DNA of 64,000 bases, from assembly GCA_030153785.1 (NCBI GenBank), contig JASKLF010000009.1, forward strand, positions 1 through 64,000. The letters run 5' to 3'. Positions 55,658 through 64,000 of this stretch are shown in pieces. The notes under the pieces were generated by a model. The model ran no database searches, was not told where the DNA came from, and saw only the letters and a list, made by a program, of their open reading frames with translations. Numbering within the stretch: position 1 is the stretch's first letter; every line of letters starts with the position of its first letter. A program made the translations under genes and the position numbers. This stretch comes from a bacterium. GTDB taxonomy: Bacteria > Synergistota > GBS-1.

Positions 55658-56947
55658 TCAAAATCTAAACAGCTCTTTTCCGCCCTTTCTCTTAATGAAT
55701 CCTTCATAATGTCTCATTATCAGATAAGCCTCTATCTGATGAACCGTTTCAAGGGCAACACCAACAACTATGAGCAATGCCGTCCCCCCAAAATAGAAAG
55801 TGTTAATGTTTACTACGCGCGTTAGAATAACAGGTAGCAAAGCAATCCCTGCAAGGAATACAGCTCCCCCTAAAGTGATTCTTGCGAGAATTCTTTCTAT
55901 ATAATCAGCAGTGGGTTTACCTGGTCGTATGCCCGGAATAAATCCTCCGTATTTTTTAAGGTTTTCAGCTACGTCCGCAGGATTAAAAATGACCGCCGTA
56001 TAAAAGTACGTAAAGAATATGATAAGCAGGGCATAAGAAATCATATAAACCGGGTGACCAGGCCTAAAAATAGACAAAACCCCCTGAAAACTCTCTGGCA
56101 AAAACTGTGCTATAGTGCTTGGAAAAATCAGAATAGAAGAAGCAAAGATTATCGGAATAACACCACTCATATTGACCCTCAAAGGAAGAAAGGTAGACTG
56201 GCCTCCATAAATTTGTCTCCCCACAATCCTTTTAGCATATTGAACAGGAAGCCTTCTTTGCCCTTCCTGAACTAAGACAACTCCTGCGATGACAAGAACG
56301 GCTATTACCGCAAAAAGCACAAGGCTAATAAAGTTTATCTCTCCCACACTTACAAGGGAAAAAGTTTGAGCCAAGCTTTCTGGTATGCGAGCTACAATAC
56401 CTGAGAAAATTATTATAGAAATTCCATTTCCTATACCATGATCCGATATTTGCTCGCCTAACCACATCAAAAGCACACTACCTGTTGTCACCGTTGAAAC
56501 GATAATCAGTCTCGCCAACCAACCGGTATCGTATAAAACACCCAAGTGTTGCAACCAATAGGTCAAACCGAATGATTGAATAGCTGCAAACAAAATGGTT
56601 CCGTAACGAGTATACTGCGTTATCTTCTTCCTGCCCTCTTCGCCTTCTTTAGAAAGCTTTTCAAGATATGGAATCACAACTGTCAAGAGTTGCATTACTA
56701 TTGCAGAGTTTATATAAGGGGCAACTCCTAAAGCAAAGATAGAAAATCGCCTCAAAGCTCCTCCCGCAAAGAGGTCTATAAACCCTAAAATTCCTCCCTT
56801 AGAAAAAAGATTCATTAACGCAGCAGTATCTACACCCGGCGTTGGTATATGTGCCCCTAACCTATAAACAAACAATATAAAAAGAGTAAATAGAATCCTT
56901 GATTTCAAATCTGGAAGTCTAAAAAGATTCCTGATAGCCTCAAACAA
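55658..56947 (-). CDS. secY: Preprotein translocase subunit SecY
   Basis: SIFALGVAPYI, WLGEQI...GIGNG.S, GVIPIIFA, IPGIRPG, GGT.LLIVVGV. Confidence 0.98.
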   Translation of the reverse strand: MFEAIRNLFRLPDLKSRILFTLFILFVYRLGAHIPTPGVDTAALMNLFSKGGILGFIDLFAGGALRRFSIFALGVAPYINSAIVMQLLTVVIPYLEKLSKEGEEGRKKITQYTRYGTILFAAIQSFGLTYWLQHLGVLYDTGWLARLIIVSTVTTGSVLLMWLGEQISDHGIGNGISIIIFSGIVARIPESLAQTFSLVSVGEINFISLVLFAVIAVLVIAGVVLVQEGQRRLPVQYAKRIVGRQIYGGQSTFLPLRVNMSGVIPIIFASSILIFPSTIAQFLPESFQGVLSIFRPGHPVYMISYALLIIFFTYFYTAVIFNPADVAENLKKYGGFIPGIRPGKPTADYIERILARITLGGAVFLAGIALLPVILTRVVNINTFYFGGTALLIVVGVALETVHQIEAYLIMRHYEGFIKRKGGKELFRF

Positions 56948-57394
56948 CTAAATCACCTCAGCCTTTCCTCCAGCTTTTTCTATCTTTTCAATGGCAGATT
57001 TGCTGAAGGCATGAGCTTTAACTAAGAGAGGCTTTTGAAGTTCACCTTCTCCCAATATCTTAACGCCATCCCCTATATAGGAAATTACCCCTCTTTCAAG
57101 AAGAAGCTCCGGGGTAACCACATCAGTCTCGCTAAAAATATTCAAATCCTTCACATTAACTACTACGTATTCCTTCCTAAATGGACCATTGTTAAAACCC
57201 CTTTTAGGTATCCTCAGCGCAAGAGGAGTTTGCCCTCCCTCGAAACCAAGCCTAACACCGCCACCCGATCTCGCTTTCTGTCCTTTATGTCCTCTGCATG
57301 ATGTCTTTCCATGTCCAGAACCAATTCCTACACCTACCCGCTTGGGCTTCCTTTTCGACCCTACCGGTGGATGAAGGTTATCCAGCCTAAGCAT
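56948..57394 (-). CDS. rplO: 50S ribosomal protein L15
   Basis: [33 protein letters not shown]. Confidence 0.98.
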   Translation of the reverse strand: MLRLDNLHPPVGSKRKPKRVGVGIGSGHGKTSCRGHKGQKARSGGGVRLGFEGGQTPLALRIPKRGFNNGPFRKEYVVVNVKDLNIFSETDVVTPELLLERGVISYIGDGVKILGEGELQKPLLVKAHAFSKSAIEKIEKAGGKAEVI

Positions 57395-57578
57395 TTTTAA
57401 TCCCCTCCTCAACTTGAACAAGGTGATGCACTTTCTTGATCATTCCCCTAATTTCAGGAGTATCAGGTTTTTCCAGAACTTGGTTTAGTTTTCTAAAACC
57501 TAAAGCTCTAATCGTATCTCTCTGATCCTGAGAATATCCAACAAAACTTTTAACCCATTTTATCCTCAACTTCTTCAT
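57387..57578 (-). CDS. rpmD: 50S ribosomal protein L30
   Basis: Position in spc operon; T..ALG.RK, GMI.KV.HL. Confidence 0.96.
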   Translation of the reverse strand: MKKLRIKWVKSFVGYSQDQRDTIRALGFRKLNQVLEKPDTPEIRGMIKKVHHLVQVEEGIKNA

Positions 57579-58081
57579 TGTCTGGTTACCCCTCCCCTCA
57601 GCTTCTCCACATCTTCCATAGTTCTGAGCTGAAGCAACGCTTCTATCGTGGCTTTAGCTACATTTATAGGATTAGTTGTCCTCCCTATAGATTTCGTCAA
57701 TATATCCTTTATTCCCCCAAGCTCTAAAACAGCACGTACAGCTCCACCTGCGATAACCCCTGTACCTGGAGCAGCGGGACGTAAGAAAACCTTGGCAGCA
57801 CCAAATTCCCCTATAACGGCGTGTGGTATAGTTGTTCCTACTCTTTTAACTTCTATTAAATTCTTCTTGGCATCTTCTATTCCTTTTCTTATAGCTTCAG
57901 GAACTTCTTTCGCCTTTCCCATGCCTACACCAACATACTTTTCACCATCACCTACTACAACAAGCGCACTAAACTTATATCTCTTCCCACCTTTTACAAC
58001 TTTACACACTCTATTTACGCTAACAACCCTTTCTTTTAAATCAAGACCAGTAAAATCTATACGTTTCCTCTTTTCCGCCAT
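57575..58081 (-). CDS. rpsE: 30S ribosomal protein S5
   Basis: [27 protein letters not shown]. Confidence 0.98.
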   Translation of the reverse strand: MAEKRKRIDFTGLDLKERVVSVNRVCKVVKGGKRYKFSALVVVGDGEKYVGVGMGKAKEVPEAIRKGIEDAKKNLIEVKRVGTTIPHAVIGEFGAAKVFLRPAAPGTGVIAGGAVRAVLELGGIKDILTKSIGRTTNPINVAKATIEALLQLRTMEDVEKLRGGVTRQ

Positions 58082-58101
58082 GATCCTCAACACTCCCCCT
58101 T

Positions 58102-58470
58102 TTAAAACTCCAATCCTTCAGCTCTCGCGGCGTCAGCGAGTGCCTTAACAGCTCCATGATATTTATGCCCACCTCTATCAAACACAACTTTTTTAATGCC
58201 TTTTTCAAGCGCTTTACGAGCTATTAACTGCCCTACAAGTTTCGCAGCCTCAACATTTCCTCCGTGTCCATACTTGCCTTTTAATTCAGGAGAAAGGGTT
58301 GAAGCAGAAACAAGAGTATGCCCTTTCTCGTCATCTATTATCTGGGCATATATGTGATTTAAACTCTTAAAGACACATAAGCGCGGTCTTTCAGATGTCC
58401 CTTTTATCTTTTTTCTTAACCTTCTGTGTCTTATCCTTCTCATCTCTTGGCGAGAAGCAAGTTTTATCAC
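58102..58470 (-). CDS. rplR: 50S ribosomal protein L18
   Basis: [24 protein letters not shown]. Confidence 0.98.
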   Translation of the reverse strand: MIKLASRQEMRRIRHRRLRKKIKGTSERPRLCVFKSLNHIYAQIIDDEKGHTLVSASTLSPELKGKYGHGGNVEAAKLVGQLIARKALEKGIKKVVFDRGGHKYHGAVKALADAARAEGLEF

Positions 58471-58490
58471 TTCACTTTCACGCTCCTTTC

Positions 58491-59033
58491 TTACGCAGTC
58501 TTAGCAGCTTTTCCAGGCTTAAGCTTGATCTCTTCGCCCTTATAACGTATACCTTTTCCTTTGTAAGAGTCTGGCTCCCTGAAAGACCTTATTATAGCCG
58601 CTACCTGACCAACCAACCTTTTATCTATACCCTTTACTATTATTCTTTGTTGTTCCGGAACCTCTATGGTTACACCCTCGGGAGGCTCATACTCTATGGG
58701 ATGAGAATACCCTAATGATAAAATAAGTTTTTTGCCCTCCATTCTTGCCCTATACCCTACCCCGACAATTTCAAGTTCCACCTCAAATCCTTCAGAAACC
58801 CCCTTAACCATATTAGCTAGCAATGCCCTAGTCGTTCCGTGTATAGCCCTGTGAAATTTGTCCGTAAAAGAGTTAACCACAATCAGAGTATTCCCCTCTA
58901 GCTTAACATCTATATCAGGATGAATCTCCATTGCCAAAGCTCCTTTAGGACCAGAAACTTTTACAAGTTTATTCTGAATCTCCACACTTACCCCTTGCGG
59001 TATCTCTATTGGCTTTTTCCCTATGCGAGACAA
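58491..59033 (-). CDS. rplF: 50S ribosomal protein L6
   Basis: [28 protein letters not shown]. Confidence 0.98.
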   Translation of the reverse strand: MSRIGKKPIEIPQGVSVEIQNKLVKVSGPKGALAMEIHPDIDVKLEGNTLIVVNSFTDKFHRAIHGTTRALLANMVKGVSEGFEVELEIVGVGYRARMEGKKLILSLGYSHPIEYEPPEGVTIEVPEQQRIIVKGIDKRLVGQVAAIIRSFREPDSYKGKGIRYKGEEIKLKPGKAAKTA

Positions 59034-59048
59034 TCCAAATCACCCCCG

Positions 59049-59447
59049 TTACCATACATAACAGAGAACCTCTCCACCAATTCCCTTTTCTCGAGCTTCC
59101 TTGTCGGTCATTATCCCCGCTGATGTAGAAAGTATAGCAATTCCTAATCCTCCCATAACCTTAGGCAATTTATCCTTACCCACATAAACCCTACGGCCTG
59201 GCTTGCTTATCCTTTTAAGGCCTGATATAACTCTCTCCTTGTTGGGGCCGTATTTCAAGAAAATTCTTATCATCGGAATTTTATCTTCCTTAACCAGTTT
59301 GAACCCTTTGATAAAACCCTCTCTTTTAAGAATCTTTGCTATTTCTAGCTTTATTTTAGAAAGGGGAATATCAACACTTTCATGGTAGGCAATAGTAGCA
59401 TTCCTTATCCGCGTGAGCATATCCCCTATTGGATCAGTCACAAACAT
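59049..59447 (-). CDS. rpsH: 30S ribosomal protein S8
   Basis: [31 protein letters not shown]. Confidence 0.98.
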   Translation of the reverse strand: MFVTDPIGDMLTRIRNATIAYHESVDIPLSKIKLEIAKILKREGFIKGFKLVKEDKIPMIRIFLKYGPNKERVISGLKRISKPGRRVYVGKDKLPKVMGGLGIAILSTSAGIMTDKEAREKGIGGEVLCYVW

Positions 59448-59462
59448 ATCATCTTTCCCTCC

Positions 59463-59648
59463 TCACCAACTCGACTTTACAACACCAGGAATTTTGCCTT
59501 CACGTGCAAGTTTCCTAAAGCATAAACGGCACATATTGAACTTTCTCAGGAAAGCGCGTGGTCTACCACATAAGGGACACCTGTTACGCTTACGAACCTT
59601 AAACTTAGGTTCTCTTTTTGCCTTTTCCATCAGCGCTTTTCTAGCCAA
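59463..59648 (-). CDS. rpsZ: 30S ribosomal protein S14 type Z
   Basis: 61 aa, RC..CGR, CRLCFR, PGV.KSSW. Confidence 0.96.
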   Translation of the reverse strand: MARKALMEKAKREPKFKVRKRNRCPLCGRPRAFLRKFNMCRLCFRKLAREGKIPGVVKSSW

Positions 59649-59655
59649 CCTTTTA

Positions 59656-60201
59656 TCACCTCCGTCTAAACGGCATACCCAAGAATTCTAAAAGAGCCCT
59701 TGCTTCATCATCAGTCTCAGCAGTTGTAACTATCGTAATACTCATACCTCTCACCTTTATCACCTTATCATAATCAACCTCAGGAAATATTAGCTGTTCC
59801 CCTATTCCTATGGTATAGTTACCTCTCCCATCGAAAGAATTAGGAGAAAGCCCTCTAAAGTCCTTTATTCTCGGCAACGCTATGTTTATTAATCTATCCA
59901 TAAAATCGTAAGCCCGATCTCCACGCAAAGTAACAAAGCATCCTATAGGTGCTCCTTCGCGCAGTTTGAAACCCGCTATGGACCTCTTAGCGCGTGCCAC
60001 CACAGGCCTTTGTCCCGTAATCATAGCCAATTCTTCAACAGCAGCATCTAAGTACCTAGTATCATCCTTAGCTTCTCCGACTCCAATGTTAATTACTATC
60101 TTATCTATTCTCGGAACTTCCATTATGTTTTTATAACCAAATCTTTCCATCATCTTAGGAATCACTTCGTTCTTATATTTCTCCTTCAACCTAGGAATCA
60201 T
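59656..60201 (-). CDS. rplE: 50S ribosomal protein L5
   Basis: [35 protein letters not shown]. Confidence 0.98.
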   Translation of the reverse strand: MIPRLKEKYKNEVIPKMMERFGYKNIMEVPRIDKIVINIGVGEAKDDTRYLDAAVEELAMITGQRPVVARAKRSIAGFKLREGAPIGCFVTLRGDRAYDFMDRLINIALPRIKDFRGLSPNSFDGRGNYTIGIGEQLIFPEVDYDKVIKVRGMSITIVTTAETDDEARALLEFLGMPFRRR

Positions 60202-60218
60202 AACCCATATCTACCCCC

Positions 60219-60536
60219 TTAAATATTATCTATAACCTCTCCACACTTCTTACATACCCTAACCTTTCTTCCATCCTCCAAGAACGCGTGTCCAACTCTT
60301 GTTGGTTTAGCGCAAGCAGGGCATATTACCATTACCTTGCAAGCATAAATAGGAGCCTCCTGTGGAACAATACCTCCCTGTGGAGTCTTCTGAGTAGGCC
60401 TAAGGTGCTTTTTAACTATATTTATACCTTCAACTAAAACTTTGTTATCTTTAGGAAAAACTTTTAGTACCTTTCCCTCTTTTCCTTTATCCTTCCCAGA
60501 CAAAACAATCACTTTATCTCCTTTTTTCACATGCAT
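60219..60536 (-). CDS. rplX: 50S ribosomal protein L24
   Basis: KKGD.V.V.SGKDKGK.G, VEG.N..KKH. Confidence 0.98.
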   Translation of the reverse strand: MHVKKGDKVIVLSGKDKGKEGKVLKVFPKDNKVLVEGINIVKKHLRPTQKTPQGGIVPQEAPIYACKVMVICPACAKPTRVGHAFLEDGRKVRVCKKCGEVIDNI

Positions 60537-60551
60537 TATGGAATTACCTCC

Positions 60552-60920
60552 TTATACAACTTCCGGGGCCAAGGATATTATCTTCATGAAATTTTTGTCT
60601 CTAAGTTCTCTCGCCACCGGCCCAAAGATACGCGTACCCCTTGGTTCACCCGCGTCATTTATTAAAACGGCAGCATTATCATCAAATCTTACGTAACTTC
60701 CATCTTTCCTTCTTATTTCTTTTTTAGTTCTAACTATAACAGCCTTTACTACATCTCCCTTTTCTATGCCAGAATTGGGAATAGCCTCCTTAACAGAGGC
60801 TACTATTACATCTCCCACTCTACCAAAAAATCTTTCACTACCTCCTAAAACTCTTATGCATTTTATCAATTTCGCCCCAGAGTTATCTGCAACCTTAAGC
60901 ACAGTCTCCTGATAAATCAT
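60552..60920 (-). CDS. rplN: 50S ribosomal protein L14
   Basis: [32 protein letters not shown]. Confidence 0.98.
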   Translation of the reverse strand: MIYQETVLKVADNSGAKLIKCIRVLGGSERFFGRVGDVIVASVKEAIPNSGIEKGDVVKAVIVRTKKEIRRKDGSYVRFDDNAAVLINDAGEPRGTRIFGPVARELRDKNFMKIISLAPEVV

Positions 60921-61207
60921 GACGACAAGTCCACCTCCTCCATAACCAACTCTTCGGTTTTAGCTTTTTCAATTACTTCAACAACTTTCCATCTTTTTGT
61001 TTTACTAATAGGCCTACAAGACTTTATTCTTACTTTATCTCCTATCCCACACTTGTTTTCAGGATCATGCGCCACAAACTTCGACCTCTTTTTAACAGGC
61101 TTGCCGTAAACAGGATGAAGAGTTAACCGTTCTACTTCAACTATGACTGTTTTATCCATCTTGTCACTTATAACAGTGCCTATTAATTCCTTTCCCATAT
61201 TTCCCAT
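60917..61207 (-). CDS. rpsQ: 30S ribosomal protein S17
   Basis: SDKMDKT, HP.YGK, AHD, RPISKTK.W. Confidence 0.98.
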   Translation of the reverse strand: MGNMGKELIGTVISDKMDKTVIVEVERLTLHPVYGKPVKKRSKFVAHDPENKCGIGDKVRIKSCRPISKTKRWKVVEVIEKAKTEELVMEEVDLSS

Positions 61208-61426
61208 TCACTCCCTTCCCTCTCCAACCGATAAAATTCCAAGCTCCTTTTCTCTTATTACTGTTTTTATACGCGCTATATCTCTTTTAACTTGCCTTAT
61301 TCTCATAGGATTGCCTAACTGCCCAACGGCTTTTTGAAACCTAAGGTTAAATAGCTCTTTCTTAAGTTCCTTATACTTCTCTCTGAGTTCATCTATGGTT
61401 AAGTCTCTTAACTCCTTAGCTTTCAT
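61208..61426 (-). CDS. rpmC: 50S ribosomal protein L29
   Basis: [21 protein letters not shown]. Confidence 0.97.
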   Translation of the reverse strand: MKAKELRDLTIDELREKYKELKKELFNLRFQKAVGQLGNPMRIRQVKRDIARIKTVIREKELGILSVGEGRE

Positions 61427-61851
61427 TCACTCCCACCCCCCAATCCTTGCCTCGAAACAATGCGAGTACGGATTGGAAGTTTGGCATCTGCTTGCTTGAA
61501 AATTTCCTCAGCTTCCTCCCTCGAAACCCCAATCACTTCGAAAAGAATTCTGCCCGGTTTAACCACACCAACCCAGTGATCTACGTTCCCTTTTCCCTTT
61601 CCCATTCTCGTTTCAGCGGGCTTTCTCGTGACAGGCTTATCAGGGAAAATTCTTATCCATATTCTTCCTCCTTTTCTAAGCGAACGCGTAATTGCAATAC
61701 GAGCTGCTTCTATCTGCTGAGCTGTTATCCATGCAGGCTCTAAGGCCTGTAAACCATAGTCGCCAAACGCAAGAGTAGTTCCACCTTTAGCACGCCCTTT
61801 CATACGACCCCTTTGTTGTTTTCTATATTTAACTCTCTTTGGCATTAACAT
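61423..61851 (-). CDS. rplP: 50S ribosomal protein L16
   Basis: [24 protein letters not shown]. Confidence 0.98.
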   Translation of the reverse strand: MLMPKRVKYRKQQRGRMKGRAKGGTTLAFGDYGLQALEPAWITAQQIEAARIAITRSLRKGGRIWIRIFPDKPVTRKPAETRMGKGKGNVDHWVGVVKPGRILFEVIGVSREEAEEIFKQADAKLPIRTRIVSRQGLGGGSE

Positions 61852-61865
61852 TCTTGCTTACCCCC

Positions 61866-62552
61866 TTATTCTGATTCTATACCAACCTCCATAGGAGTAG
61901 AAATCTCTTTATCTTTAGGCTCTGGAAGAACCTCACCGTGAAAAATCCAAACTTTTACCCCTATCTTACCGTATATGGTAAAAGCCTCTGCAAAACCATA
62001 GTCTATATCAGCCCTTATTGTTTGAAGCGGTAATCTACCCTCTAAATACCATTCTTTTCTGGCCAATTCTGCTCCTCCAAGTCTTCCACTACACATTATT
62101 TTTATTCCCTTAGCCCCTGCACGAAGGGCCCTCATTATAGCTTGCTTCATTGCTCTTCTATGAGAAACCCTTTTTTCTATTTGAGCAGCAATATGCTCAG
62201 CTACAAGCTGGGCATCGACTTCAGGTTTCTTAACCTCTTGAACATTCACAAATATTCTCTTTCCACCAGTCAGTTCACGAAGCTTATTTCTTGCATCTTC
62301 TATCTCCACACCTTTAGCCCCTATAACCAAGCCAGGTCGCGCTGTTAAAACAGTAATTCTAACTATGTTTGCAATACGTTCAATTATTATTTTAGATATT
62401 CCCGCATGATACCATCTTCTCTTTAAATACTCTCTTATTTTTATATCTTCATGAAGTTGATCGGTATAGGTCTTACCTTCTGCAAACCATCTCGAATCCC
62501 ATGTTTTTATGACACCAAGCCTAAAGGCAGTAGGATGAACTTTTTGTCCCAC
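61866..62552 (-). CDS. rpsC: 30S ribosomal protein S3
   Basis: [38 protein letters not shown]. Confidence 0.98.
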   Translation of the reverse strand: MGQKVHPTAFRLGVIKTWDSRWFAEGKTYTDQLHEDIKIREYLKRRWYHAGISKIIIERIANIVRITVLTARPGLVIGAKGVEIEDARNKLRELTGGKRIFVNVQEVKKPEVDAQLVAEHIAAQIEKRVSHRRAMKQAIMRALRAGAKGIKIMCSGRLGGAELARKEWYLEGRLPLQTIRADIDYGFAEAFTIYGKIGVKVWIFHGEVLPEPKDKEISTPMEVGIESE

Positions 62553-62555
62553 ACA

Positions 62556-62894
62556 CTATCCCTCCTTTTCCTTTACAACCACAGTTATATGGCTCGTTCT
62601 CTTCCTTATAAGATAGGCCCTTCCCATAGCACGAGGCCTTATTCTCTTCATCGTAGGCCCCTGATCAACGCATATCTTAGAAATGTAAAGTCTATCCACA
62701 TCCATGTTGAAATTATTCTCTGCATTTGCAATTGCTGACTTCACCACTTTTTCAACTATCCTAGCTGCTTTCTTAGGTAGATATCTAAGAATCAAGAGCG
62801 CCTCGTTCACTGGTTTATTTCTTATCAAATTTATAACTTGCCTGACTTTTTTAGGAGATATCCTCACATATCTTGCAACAGCTCTCGCTTCCAT
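62556..62894 (-). CDS. rplV: 50S ribosomal protein L22
   Basis: RISPKK.R, SA.ANA, PRAMGRA, TSHIT. Confidence 0.98.
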   Translation of the reverse strand: MEARAVARYVRISPKKVRQVINLIRNKPVNEALLILRYLPKKAARIVEKVVKSAIANAENNFNMDVDRLYISKICVDQGPTMKRIRPRAMGRAYLIRKRTSHITVVVKEKEG

Positions 62895-62906
62895 CGTTTA
62901 AACACC

Positions 62907-63191
62907 TCACTTAAGAGCAGTTGATCTCTCGGTTGGAGCACTATGTCCTCCAAACTTCCTAGTAGGTGCAAATTCGCCTAATTTATGCCCAACCATTTGC
63001 TCAGTAATATAAATTGGAATATGAGTCCTTCCATTGTGAACCGCAATTGTATGTCCCACCATCTCAGGCACAATCGTAGACCTTCTTGACCAGGTCTTTA
63101 TCACCTTTTTTTCTCCCTTTTGGTTCATCTCCAAAATTTTCTTCAAAAGTTTGGGGTCAACGTATGGACCTTTTTTCCGAGATCTTCCCAC
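62907..63191 (-). CDS. rpsS: 30S ribosomal protein S19
   Basis: [21 protein letters not shown]. Confidence 0.98.
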   Translation of the reverse strand: MGRSRKKGPYVDPKLLKKILEMNQKGEKKVIKTWSRRSTIVPEMVGHTIAVHNGRTHIPIYITEQMVGHKLGEFAPTRKFGGHSAPTERSTALK

Positions 63192-63205
63192 AAAACAACA
63201 CCCCC

Positions 63206-64000
63206 TTACTTACGTCTCTTGACTATCCACTTATCCGTAGGATGGTTTTTCTTTCTTGTCTTATAACCTTTTGCAGGAACACCCCATGGCGAACAAGGAT
63301 GTTTGTTACTCTTGCTTCTTCCTTCCCCTCCTCCCATAGGATGATCAACAGGGTTCATCGTCATACCCCTAACAAAAGGCCTCCATCCCAACCAACGTGC
63401 TCTTCCTGCCTTTCCTATAACAATGTTCTCATGATCAACATTCCCCACTTGCCCTACGGTAGCCATACAATCTAGATGAATTAATCTTATCTCTCCAGAG
63501 GGTAACCTTATATGGGCATAATCTCCTTCTTTTGCCATTATCTGAGCAGCAGCCCCTGCTGACCTAACCAACTGTCCACCTTTTCCTTTTACAAGCTCTA
63601 TATTGTGCACAAGAGTTCCTTCAGGAATATACCTCAACGGCAAGGCATTCCCGGGTTTTATATCCGCGTTAGGACCAGAAACTACTGTCTGCCCAACCTC
63701 CAACCCCACAGGAGCTAATATGTATCTCTTTTCTCCATCAGCATAATGCAACAAGGCTATACGCGCAGACCTGTTAGGGTCGTATTCTATGGCCACAACT
63801 TTAGCTGGAACTCCTATCTTATCTCTCTTAAAATCTATCACACGATACATTCTCTTATGCCCGCCGCCTCTATGTCGGACAGTTACACGCCCCATGGAAT
63901 TTCTACCAGCCTTTTGCTTAAGCGGCAAAAGCAAGGACTTCTCAGGCTCTTTTTTAGTTATCTCCTCGAAAGTAGAAACGGTCATAAATCTCCTCCCCGG
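63206..64000 (-). CDS. rplB: 50S ribosomal protein L2 (5' end beyond the window)
   Basis: [36 protein letters not shown]. Confidence 0.97.
   Translation of the reverse strand, partial: PGRRFMTVSTFEEITKKEPEKSLLLPLKQKAGRNSMGRVTVRHRGGGHKRMYRVIDFKRDKIGVPAKVVAIEYDPNRSARIALLHYADGEKRYILAPVGLEVGQTVVSGPNADIKPGNALPLRYIPEGTLVHNIELVKGKGGQLVRSAGAAAQIMAKEGDYAHIRLPSGEIRLIHLDCMATVGQVGNVDHENIVIGKAGRARWLGWRPFVRGMTMNPVDHPMGGGEGRSKSNKHPCSPWGVPAKGYKTRKKNHPTDKWIVKRRK

Noticed and set aside
1327..63475. Numerous 60-217 aa ORFs antisense or out of frame to recognised genes (e.g. 8622..9104, 22996..23481, 32818..33471, 57648..58148)
   Set aside because: They lie within confidently identified genes and have no recognisable motifs; shadow ORFs.
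50792..64000. Novelty in the ribosomal protein superoperon
   Set aside because: Gene order and sequences are conventional, apart from the missed rpmJ and the KOW start codon noted above.

Overview
A very gene-dense, roughly 40% GC bacterial window. It probably comes from an anaerobic diderm, given the class III RNR, the TonB system and a C-terminal GGGC-TM-basic sorting signal reminiscent of Synergistota; the taxonomy is inference. The right third (47.6-64 kb, minus strand) is the core S10-spc-alpha ribosomal superoperon (rplB to rplQ, secY, adk, map, infA, an rpmJ missed by the ORF track, rpoA), followed by ecfA1-ecfA2-ecfT-truA and a partial xanthine-dehydrogenase-like module with an NCS2 permease. 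The left two thirds contain: (1) a surface-protein gene split by a 26-bp tandem duplication, and tyrA/pheA; (2) a complete ydaJKLMN-type, c-di-GMP-controlled exopolysaccharide operon whose BcsB-like subunit carries an apparent N-terminal AMIN domain; (3) an MtdA/B-family methylene-pterin dehydrogenase next to a DUF1445 lyase; (4) queT, nrdR-nrdD-nrdG with tandem NrdR boxes, and glyA; (5) an RpiR-led aminotransferase/CoA-transferase/thiolase operon; (6) thiF-mnmA, fhs-purH, pstCAB and a TAXI-TRAP transporter; (7) a cobalamin-riboswitch-led B12 uptake operon (TonB-dependent receptor, BtuG-like lipoprotein, ExbB, BtuF, ExbD, TonB, BtuCD). I saw no tRNA, rRNA, CRISPR array, transposase or prophage gene. 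All family assignments come from motif recognition by eye, not database searches.
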